From the NCBI GenBank assembly GCA_028023455.1, contig JAQFVV010000009.1, positions 15,376,001 to 15,440,000 on the forward strand: a DNA stretch of 64,000 nucleotides, given 5' to 3'. Position numbers and translations under genes: made by a program. Each line of letters opens with the position of its first letter. The stretch's first letter is position 1. The notes under the pieces were generated by a model. It was given only the letters and a program-made list of their open reading frames with translations. It was not told the DNA's origin and did not search any database. Source of the DNA: Epiperipatus broadwayi. Taxonomy: Eukaryota; Animalia; Onychophora. Positions 53,791 through 64,000 of this stretch are shown piece by piece.

Positions 53791-56220
53791 TCTAATAAAG
53801 GTAAAAGGCTGTCCTTTCTTGAATCTGATTGGCTTTTAAATTTCGACAACAAGGAAAATTGTTGTCAATAACTTTTACTGCTACAATTTCTTTTGTTTCA
53901 TTTCAAAAATGATAAACGAATGTTTTAGACAATTTTAAAAGTATTTTTTGACAAATTATAAGCTATTTTGATAAAATATGCTAAAAATAAAATTATTTTA
54001 AAAAAATAGTTAAGACTTTAGCAAAAATTATTTACTTATCTGCAACGTAAAATTGGGAAAGAAATCACTAACATCAGCAAAACTTTTTGGTTGATGAGTA
54101 ACGTTTGTTTTAGATTTGCTGCTATCGAATATTTTTATAATTATAAATAAAAATTTATTTTTGAAAAAACTTTTGTTCACTTTCATAACCTGGCAAATTA
54201 TTAATATACTTTTTACAAATGAAACTAAAGTGAAAATAATATTAAAAGATGAATATATTTTGATGCTTGAGTTTGTGAATTGACCAATTAAAAGTTTAGA
54301 CTTTTACCTCACTCGGCCAATAAAATAATAAGCAAAAAAGAGGTTAACGCCGGAAAAGCTCTTCAGGGACACTTGGAGGCAACTTAGGCCACTGGATGAA
54401 GAGCCTATCCTCAGGCATGCTAATTACAAATTAATTTAAGATTAAAAAATGGTCCAGTTAGATGGAGAATGACAAAGGATCACTGCCAATCAAAATAAGG
54501 ACTACACAATGATCACTGGCTAAGTCACTAAATGAAGAGCCAGTTGTTCTGATATAAACAATAATTATAGACTAAGTTTGAATGATAAGCTTCTTGCTCT
54601 GATCATGAAATTAATTTGTCATAATAATAACTAATGTATCAAACAGGTATATTTTCTAATTTGGAAAATTATTTACTAACGATTGTGTATTTTCCTTAAT
54701 AATAATAAAAAATCTCATAGAAAAGATAATTCATCAAAAATTCATAACCTTTTGTTTTTCTTTTTGCACATAATATTTGCACAAAAATATCAATCCTCCC
54801 TCCTTACTATTTATAATGTATAAATATTAAAAACAATAAAATGATCACAAATTAATTCTTTATAATCATAATTTCATAAAAGATTTATTTATTTTTACTT
54901 CAAAACTGTATGCTCTAATATAATTTTACAGCCTGGAGAGTTTTAAGTAAACCAGATTCTTGGTTATTTTAGTGATCAAATACAATATACAAAATAATAA
55001 TACTGTGTGGACAAAAATACACCATGAAAAAAAAAAATGATAATTTAAAAATACACCATGAAATTTCAAATGATGCTAAATATCATAATCACCAAAGTAT
55101 CAGAATTCAAAACTATACTATAAAACTTATAGTATTTAGATTTTAGTCAAACTTGCATTGTAAGCTGTGATTAGTCTCCCATCAATAACTTAATTTGATA
55201 TACCAATAATTAATAAATATATTTGTTAAGGTGGAGAAACTTAATTTAAGAAATAAATGTTAAGCCTCAAATAAAAGAGGTTACATAAAAATAAAATTAG
55301 TATTCCAATCCTGCTTATATGTACTTTGTCAATGCTTTGAATATTTGCATATAATGTAGAGCTGTGGTTGTGAATATTGTTAAATGCCTTCATATTTCAA
55401 ATTGAGTTTATGCACTTATATGTACTGAATGAATAACAGCCAGAAAATCATGTGTCATTCAAGCACCAGAAATGACAAATTGGATTTTGATCTAAGCGCC
55501 TTTGGCTTTTGAATATATTCACTTTGCCATTATGCTAAAACATACAGGGTAAAACATTTAGTTATCACTGCTATATTAATATTTTAAATACAAGTATACT
55601 TTATTGCTATATTAGTGGAATAAATGATAAAAGGTTAAGTGTTTATGAACTATCTATGATAAAAATCTAAATACTATAAACAATGATACTATTAGATATT
55701 AAAATTGCTTATAGTATCTAATAAACTGCTGTAAATATATCACATATATATGTGTGCATACATACTGTGTAATCAAGTTAACAACTCAATGAAGAATATC
55801 AAAATAATAACTCACTTCCAGAGCAAAAGATGTTTATAAAATACATGCACAACGAGAGAAGATGATCTGAGTTTTTGAGTTAATGAATGTTTGTAATATG
55901 GTAAAGTTGAAATGAGGAATGCATTTATAAAAACCAAAAAAATGTGAAAAATATACACCAAAAATATATTTACATAAATACAGAATATATATATATATAC
56001 CAACACACACATTTATAAACAACCAAAAGTAAAAATATCATTTTTCACAATGTAGGGTGACCTGAGAATAATCATTCTCACAACATAAGTTTAAAATATT
56101 TTTATATTTTCGTCATTTTTGATAAAAATCTATTTTGTAGTGAATTAGAATTAGGATTTTTAGATAATATTTTAATTTTAGGTTTACATATATATATTAT
56201 TTAAAAAGCATCTTAAGCTG

Positions 56221-57500
56221 ATCATCATCATTTTCAACTACCATTTATCCACCTCAGGATGAAAATCTTCCCAAGTTCAATCCATTTTCTCCAATCCCTA
56301 GTCTCCTTATCCATTTCATACCAGCACACTCCCTTATTTCATTCTTCCATCTCATATATGGCCTCTTTCTATGTTTTTTTTAGAATTTCTTGCAATCACA
56401 TTTAAGATTTCAACTGTCCATCAATTATCATCTCTTCTAGCAATGTGGCCATTCCAACTCTACTTTCTTAATTATTTCAATGATGTCAGTAACACCTGTT
56501 TGTTCTCTCACCCTTGTATTTCAATTTTGATTTCTTTTTATTACCCCTAAAATACATCTCTCCATATTTCTTTGAGTGATATGAAGTCTCTGTATTGCTC
56601 TTCTGTTAAATATTCAAGTCTAAGATCCATAAGTAAGAACTGGTAAAACACATTTATTAAGAACTTTTCAAACACATAGGCATATTTCCTTTAGTAATTT
56701 CTATCAAAACCACTCCAACCAAATTTAAAGCTATGATTAATTTCATCAATTATGTTTCCATCTGTAGTAATAATCTGACTAAGGTATCTGTAATTGTTAA
56801 CTTCTAATTCATTGTTATCAATCTTCATTTTCTTCTTTTGAGAAAATTCAATGAACATTACTTTAGTCTTGTTAACATTCAACTTTAACCCTACTTTCTT
56901 ACTTTCATTTGATAACTCTTGCAACATTTCCTGAAGCTCTAAAACATTATTTCCAATAACAACTAAATCATCTGCAAAAACTGGATGAATTAAATAATCT
57001 CCATTTACTTTTACTCCCTTAGCTTCCCATTTTAATCCACAAAATACTTCTTACAAAACAGCTGTAAAAGGTTTTGGAGATATAGAGTCATACATTCTTC
57101 ATTATGTAATCTAATTGTTGCTGTTGCATTTTTATAAATATTCTTCGGAATGTGACAATATCCTCAGTCTGTATGTTGATGATCCAATGCTTTAATCACT
57201 AAAGAAATGCTTATAGAATCAAATACCTTTTCATAATCTACAAATCCAAAACATATTTATTTATTCTTTCTATAACTTATCTCAATAACTGAATATGATC
57301 CACTGAATTTTTAAATCCAGCTTAGTTAAAATCCCAAGTTTGCTGTAATTATTTTGTTGAAAATTTTATGAAGAAATGATAAAAGTGATAAATCTGTAAT
57401 TTTTAATATCTTCTTTATCATTTTTTTTAAATATTAATACTGCCTTCTTCCCATCTTCTGATACATCTTTATCATTTGGATATTTGGTATACAATTTTTA
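56221..57500 (-). mobile_element. RTE-clade LINE, 3' portion (RT to tail)
   Basis: KKAVLIFK...DIKNYR at the start, FADD (56967-56978), VGLKLNVNKTKVM and WNGHIARRDDN. It ends in a (GAT)n tail at ~56221. Confidence 0.88.
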
Positions 57501-57671
57501 TTAGTCATTCATTAGATTGAGATTATCCAATAATGAACAATATTTCTGAGTATAACTTTCACTACATCCCTCTCACAAAAATTAGAGCCTGGTTTCTATC
57601 TGCTTTTAACACTATGTGAAAGGATGTAATCATAAACATATGACCAAAGATGTGAAAAAGATCTATGATTC

Positions 57672-57713
57672 CCAAGATGCACATTTCATGCTGAACCAAC
57701 ACTCATCAGTTGG
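57672..57713 (-). ncRNA. Minimal type-I hammerhead ribozyme motif, diverged relative of the 25.6-kb family
   Basis: Reads CCAA CUGAUGA GUGUU GGUUC AGCAU GAAAUGUGCAU C|UUGG. All core nucleotides are present, stem II is fully paired (with G-U pairs), stem III is near-palindromic and the site is UC. Confidence 0.78.
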
Positions 57714-57766
57714 CCCAGACCACAATCTCTTACACATATCTTTATCATTGTTCAATATATATATAT

Positions 57767-59503
57767 TGTGACGACCACGTAAAGTCGTCAACACACATAT
57801 ATATTTGTTAATAAAATTAGAAAGTAATAAAGGTGAAATAAATTAGCTAATAAATTTTTTTTAAAAAAAAAAAAGGAAGGAAAAGAAAAATTGAAATTCT
57901 ACTGTCAAAATTATTGTGGATTTTGTAATAGTAAGAGAAGGGGAGGGGGGTGCATAAATAAAGAAATGCATCTCTTTCTCTCTTGTAAGTCAAATGCTAG
58001 AAAATTATTTTGTTTATTGTGGGAGAGGGGAAAAGGAAGCATAAAGAAATGCATGTCTTCTCTCTCATTAAAAAAAAACTATATAATAACAAATTAAAAT
58101 AAAATGTAAAAAACAAATGTGAAAAAAAAAAGAATGAATTGTAAATTTAAATAAAATGTAATATGTGATATATAAAAGGAAAAACAATATGGCCGTAGGT
58201 GTGAAAGTCTGTTGGACAAATTAAATTCCACGGTAAAAGAAATGTTATCAACGGAAGATCTTTGCCTGATCTGTTAAATTAATTGGGACTTACATTCCGG
58301 CCACTAATTAAATAAAGAAACATAATGAGAAGAATTGGTTGGAAATCTAAGTCTTAATTAAAAATTTTTAAAAACAATGAACAAAAGAATGAGATTAAGA
58401 AAATTGCAATTTTTTGTCTGGCATTGCTAGTAGAGACTTTAGAGAAGCAACAGCTAAAAGAAAATGGAAGAAGTGCGTGGCTAGTGGCGTTAAAGGGACG
58501 TGGGTTCGGATTCAAGCCGTCTCATCACTGACTCACAATGTAAGATCTTTGCCTGACCTGCTAGAGGGACCGCCGCTTCTGTAGCTGTCAATTGAAACTC
58601 AACCTAAAGAATCAACCAGCAAACTGGATGAAAATAACCCCACAAACTGAGGAAGTTAATGGAGAACCTAAGGAATCAACAAGCAAAAACTGGAAAGAAA
58701 ATAACCCCACAAACTGAGGAAATTAATCAAGAGCGCTCGGAAGAAATACCCATGGGACAATTACAACAAAGCCTAGGTAAAAGCATGCATGCATTTTCAT
58801 TTGTCTACTATTCATAACTAAATATAAAATTAATGATTTGATAAAATAAAACTCTATCAACAGGACTTTAATAACTTTAATATCTGATCTATTTTCATAT
58901 ATTTATTATAGCTATGTATTTATAAGTGTGTGTTTATTATTATTATTATTATAATGTAATTTTTTTATATAAAGTGTGTATATTATTATTAAACATATTT
59001 GTCATTAAATTTCGTATCCTTGCTTTATTCTCCTATCACCAAGCTACGACAGGGTGGAAACTGTAATTAGTGATTAAAGGGGCATACTGATTTGTTTAAG
59101 ATATTCATGTGCTGCTTGTTCGTGCAAAATCCCAATTATATAAAAAATAAATAGCAAGTGCTGGACATTTGTTAAGTTTCTTTGAAATAGTTTGCTTGGT
59201 TCAGCAGCCGAGGGTATCTTGGTCGGGAAAAATAACACCAAGATAATATGTACATATTGCCTTGGGGTTCGATCAAGGATATAGATATGAAATTAAGTTT
59301 GTATCTGTATTAGCTCTCTGCTTGTATTATAATGGCGTTGGTTAAAATAATAAATAAGATAATAAAGAATCTAAGTTGTAAACAATAAATGGATAGAAAT
59401 AAAAGTTATGAAAAGGATAAAAGTATAATAAATAAGTCTAAAATATAATTGAAAGTATTAAAGATTTAAATCAAATCAAGCAACCATCCAAATAACCATT
59501 TCC
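57767..59503 (+). repeat. 5' LTR (1737 bp)
   Basis: Aligns end to end with 61721-63455. I counted about 9 differences in the first ~375 bp by eye. Confidence 0.93.
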
Positions 59504-59507
59504 GTGC

Positions 59508-59912
59508 ATGTACGCAGGCAGTGGAAATAACCCTGTGAATCCTGCTACAGTGAACCAGTTTGTAAAAATTCGGGTCTTCTCTGGTTACGTTGGGGAAAGC
59601 CCAATAGAGCATCTTGGCAGCCTAGAGAGGTATTTCGCAGTAAAACGGCTGAGTGCCGAGTTGCTGAATGCGTTCGACAGAACTAGGCCTAATTACAAGA
59701 CGGAGGATTGGGGATTTAAACCCCAGCCCAATGATCCGCACATCGGGAGAATGCAATACAATCCTCAGCACAATTATTGGGAAGGAAGCCAGGCATTTCC
59801 TGATAGATCAGAAAGGGCTGAAATGTCCGAACAGACCGGAAGAAGTTCAGACTTTAATTATCCATATGAGCAGGTTGACTCTAGAGGACATCGGAACATT
59901 ACCCCCATTTAA
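59508..59912 (+). pseudogene. Gag N-terminus-like segment apparently fused by deletion to integrase zinc-binding region
   Basis: FSGYVGESPIEHLGSLERYF resembles the start of retrotransposon Gag. HIG...HNYWEG resembles the integrase N-terminal region. Confidence 0.45.
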
Positions 59913-60687
59913 TAAAATGAAATATCTGCTTGTCACATATGACATATTCTCGAAGCTAGTGGCGGCATATCCAGTAACTCAGGCTAATGCAAAACAAACC
60001 ATGAGGGCTTTAGAGTAACAACACTTCAGAGCTGTGGGAATTCCTGAGAAAATTCTATCGGATTACGGAATGCCGTTCATATCAAACGAATGGAAGAATT
60101 GGGTTCACAAACATGGGATAAAACACATACTGATGTCAATCCGTAACCCTCAGTCTAACCCATGTGAACGAATTATGAGGGAATTTGGGCGATTATTTTG
60201 CATCTACATCCAGGATGACCATCGAAGATGGGTAAAGGAAATCCCACGAATAGTAAATATGATAAACTGGTCAATAAACGAATCCACAGGGTTTGAACCT
60301 GTTCGTTGGAATTATGGGAAAAACATCCCGTGTCCCTTTGAGACCAGACTACCAGTGGGAACAAGATCGATAAATAGAAGGAAGGACGCAGAGCAAGCCC
60401 TCAGCCGGTTAAAAAAGATGGGCAATTTAAGATGTCGGAGATAGGGAGCAGCAAAAATCATATTTAAGATAGGAGATGAGGTCATGGTAAGAGTGCAGCC
60501 TGTGAGCCATCCCGAGAAACATATATATAAAAAATTTCAACCTATCTATGACGGCCCTTACGTAATCAGACGAAGGTATGAGAATAATGCTTTCGTAGTA
60601 GCACAAGGAATGGAGGAAAAGGGGACATATAATGCTCGGTCGCTAAGGCTGATAAGGAGGGATAAGAAGCCTCCAGACAAAAACTAA
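59860..60687 (+). pseudogene. Gypsy-type integrase (rve core plus GPY/F C-terminus) with two in-frame stops
   Basis: LTLEDIGTLP, YLLVTYDIFSK, PEKILSDYG, NPQSNPCER and YDGPY. Stops fall at 60016-60018 and 60442-60444. Confidence 0.88.
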
Positions 60688-61701
60688 TCTTAAAAAAAAA
60701 TAAACGGACGAATAGGTCGGTTCGATCAAACGATAACGTAATGGGATCATGAAAAATAAAATTGTTTTTTTTTTAAACGTATGACAGGTGGGGCAAATCG
60801 TCTCACGACAATTAATTAAAGTCACTATAATAAACAACAACAACAACAAAAAAAGGGTAGTATTCACGGAATGAAATTGATGATAAACTTAATGAGTGTT
60901 TATGTGCAGTCAAGCACAGCAAGACAAATGCAAATAAAAGTAAAAAAAAAAAGAAAGAAATCTATAAATAATTTATTCGTATCACAATCTGTCAATTATA
61001 AATGCAGATAGAATTAACAATTAAATAGAAGTAAAAATAAAAATAAGAATCATTTAGGCTCATTAAAGAGCCAGTTAATAATTAATAAAATAAATAAATG
61101 AATAGTAGTGATAATGTGTAAATGACAGATATCACTAGTAGGTGTATGAGGTTGCAGATTGAGGCATATATGTGTGTGTATGCATTATGTTTGGGTCGTA
61201 TTTTGAGCTTGATTCAGCCGTCTCTTCGCACATTAGATTTTCATGGCTCTCGGTAGTTAAACTTTTAATGAAGCACCAGTAAGAATCCTGGACTCATTGT
61301 ATAATAAGAATTAGTGTCTCAAAATAAATAAATGAAGAAATAAGAATTAGTGCCTCGAATAAAATAAATAAAGAATAAGAATTTGTTGTTTGCGCAAGAT
61401 GAACAGGCAATAGAAATATCCTGCTGTTCACACGCTTTAAACCTGTTATGTTTTTTTTTAATAGAGTTAAGTTATGCCATGGTCTCCTATGCGTTGAGAT
61501 TAAATTGGTTGATCAGCCAAAATCGATCGGAAAGAATTGTGTAGCTTTACCCAGCTGTCTCTCTGAAGTCATCCTCATCATCATTATCACTCGTCATGAC
61601 AGAGTGGGAAAGTATGTAATAAAAGCAGAAGTAAGAGTTGAAAGCAAAGAATTAAAATAGGCTCTCATCTCAGAATAAGATTTGACCCGATTTTAATTCT
61701 C

Positions 61702-61720
61702 AAAAACGGGCGGAGTGTAA
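61702..61720 (+). promoter_or_regulatory. Polypurine tract (plus-strand primer) candidate
   Basis: AAAAACGGGCGGAGTGTAA lies immediately before the 3' LTR. Confidence 0.7.
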
Positions 61721-63456
61721 TGTGACGACCACGTAAAGTCGTCGACACACATATATATTTATTAATAAAATTAGAAAGTAATAAAGGTGAAATAAATTAG
61801 CTAATAAATTTTTTTTAAAAAAAAAAAAAGGAAGGAAAAGAAAAAATTGAAATTCTAATGTCAAAATTACTGTGGATTTTGTAATAGTAAGAGAAGGGGA
61901 GGGGGGTGCATAAATAAAGAAATGCGTCTCTTTCTCTCTTGTAAGTCAAATGCTAGAAAGTTATTTTGTTTATTGTGGGAGAGGGGAAAAGGAAGCATAA
62001 AGAAATGTGTGTCTTCTCTCTCATTAAAAAAAAACTATATAATAACAAATTAAAATAAAATGTAAAAAACAAATGTGAAAAAAAAATGAATGAATTGTAA
62101 ATTTAAATAAAATGTAATATGTGATATATAAAAGGAAAAACAATATGGCCATAGGTGTGAAAGTCTGTTGGACAAATTCAATTCCATGGACAAAGAAATG
62201 TTATCAACGGAAGATCTTTGCCTGATCTGTTAAATTAATTGGGACTTACATTCCGGCCACTAATTAAATAAAGAAACATAATGATAAGAATTGGTTGGAA
62301 ATCTAAGTCTTAATTAAAAATTTTTAAAAACAATGAACAAAAGAATGAGATTAAGAAAATTACAATTTTTGTCTGGCATTGCTAGTAGAGACTTTAGAGA
62401 AGCAACAGCTAAAAGAAAATGGAAGAAGTGCATGGCTAGTGGCGTTAAAGGGACGTGGGTTCGGATTCAAGCCGTCTCATCACTGACTCGCAATGTAAGA
62501 TCTTTGCCTGACCTGCTAGAGGGACCACCGCTTCTGTAGCTGTCAATTGAAACTCAACCTAAAGAATCAACCAGCAAACTGGATGAAAATAACCCCACAA
62601 ACTGAGGAAGTTAATGGAGAACCTAAGGAATCAACAAGCAAAAACTGGAACGAAAATAACCCCACAAACTGAGGAAGTTAATCAAGAGCGCTCGGAAGAA
62701 ATACCCATGGGACAATTACAACAAAGCCTAGGTAAAAGCATGCATGCATTTTCATTTGTCTACTATTCATAACTAAATATAAAATTAATGATTTGATAAA
62801 ATAGAACTCTATCAACAGGACTTTAAGAACTTTAATATCTGATCTATTTTCATATGTTTATTATAGCCATGTATTTTATAAGTGTGTGTTTATTATTATT
62901 ATTATAATGTAATTTTTTTATATAAAGTGTGAATATTATTATTAAACATATTTGTCATTAAATTTCGTATCCTTGCTTTATTCTCCTATCACCAAGCTAC
63001 GACAGGGGGGGAAACTGTAATTAGTGATTAAAGGGGCATACTGATTTGTTTAAGATATTCATGTGCTGCTTGTTCGTGCGAAATCCCAATTCTAAAAAAT
63101 AAATAGCAAGCGCTGGACATTCGTTAAGTTTCTTTGAAATAGTTTGCTTTGTTCAGCAGCCGAGGGTATCTTGGTCGGGAAAAATAACGCCAAGATAATA
63201 TGTACGTATTGCCTTGGGGTTCGATCAAGGGTATAGATATGAAATTAAGTTTGTATCTGTATTAGCTCTCTGCTTGTATTGTAATGGCGTTGGTTAAAAT
63301 AATAAATAAGATAATAAAGAATCTAAGTTGTAAACAATAAATGGATAGAAATAAAAGTTATGAAAAGGATAAAAGTATAATAAATAAGTCTAAAATATAA
63401 TTGAAAGTATTAAAGATTTAAATCAAATCAAGCAACCATCCAAATAACCATTTCCA
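61721..63456 (+). repeat. 3' LTR (~1736 bp, TG...CA)
   Basis: Direct repeat of 57767-59503, ending TTTCCA. Confidence 0.93.
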
Positions 63457-63484
63457 TTATAATATATAGCAAATTACTACAGTT

Positions 63485-64000
63485 TAATTTTGTCAAAAAA
63501 TATATTTTTGTTCCTTCAACTGCTTCTTTTAGAATATCTATTATAATTCCATCATTATCTGGAGCTTTTCCTTTCTTCATAAATTTTACTGCATGTCTCA
63601 CTGTTTGATTTAAAATCCTGGGCAATTCAGAAGATATAATAGTTGTAAGAGTTATTTTTCCTTGTTTTTTATTGCTAAATAATTCTTGGTAAAACTTTTT
63701 TACACATTTCATATCATCTCTCTTTTCAATAATATATCCATCTTTTTATCTTATTGCATAAATAAGTTTCCTACCAATATAAAATGTTGTTTTATACTCC
63801 TGAGACTTATTATCTTCTATAGCTTTTTTTGCTATTTCACAATTATACTTTCTTATATCATTATCAACTCTTTTTTGCACCACTTTACAAAATTCAAGAT
63901 ATTCAATGCTTCTTAATGTATCATTTTTATACATTTTCATATTCCTTCTTTTCTTCATAAATTGTCTTGTCTCAATAGAAATTTTACTAGTTATTGCTGC
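63485..64000 (-). mobile_element. RTE-clade LINE, upstream portion (continues beyond window)
   Basis: KFYQELFS...KGKAPDNDGIIIDILKEA...LTKL is the segment that immediately precedes the one starting at ~57500. Confidence 0.85.

Larger units (their letters stand above)
57767..63456 (+). mobile_element. Non-autonomous Gypsy/Ty3-type LTR retrotransposon derivative (5.69 kb)
   Basis: Two ~1.74-kb direct LTRs starting TGTGACG, a PPT before the 3' LTR, and an integrase relic with a GPY motif. I found no protease, RT or RNase H. Confidence 0.92.

Noticed and set aside
54342-54410. CUGAAGA and CUGAGGA followed by short stems on minus
   Set aside because: Neither is followed by GAAA. At most this is a decayed remnant.
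901-57000. Most 60-120-aa ORFs in the supplied track as host genes
   Set aside because: They are low-complexity F/I/L/K-rich translations typical of AT-rich non-coding DNA, often starting at TTG/GTG, or they are off-frame or antisense to TE relics.
900-64000. Minus-strand bias of LINE relics as evidence for a plus-strand host intron
   Set aside because: The sample is small, and the L1 at 52 kb and two SINEs are on plus.

Overview
Very AT-rich eukaryotic DNA, probably from an invertebrate (inference). I could not confidently identify any intact host gene, and most ORFs in the supplied track are noise or transposon fragments. The window is a layered mobile-element graveyard. It holds RTE and L1/Tx1 LINE relics, a poly(A)-tailed tRNA-derived SINE family (3 copies with TSDs), four hAT elements, a mariner, two pogo/Tigger-type elements and a foldback MITE. 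It also holds a young Gypsy-type LTR derivative with ~1.74-kb LTRs around a gag-integrase relic. The most interesting signal is a set of small non-coding insertions carrying minimal type-I hammerhead ribozyme (HHR) motifs. (1) A 1.27-kb insertion at 25503-26767 is built from a ~475-bp unit in tandem plus inverted arrangement, has HHR motifs on both strands and is bounded by a 15-21-bp target-site duplication. (2) A diverged HHR at 57672-57713 preserves the same fold with substitutions that keep the pairing. (3) An unrelated 317-bp palindromic insertion at 7973-8289 has a 13-bp TSD and a CUGAAGA-type HHR-like core in each arm. These resemble known Penelope-associated or non-LTR retrozyme ribozymes, but the repeated fold-back, both-strand architecture merits testing. 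All calls were made by eye, with no alignments or database searches run.
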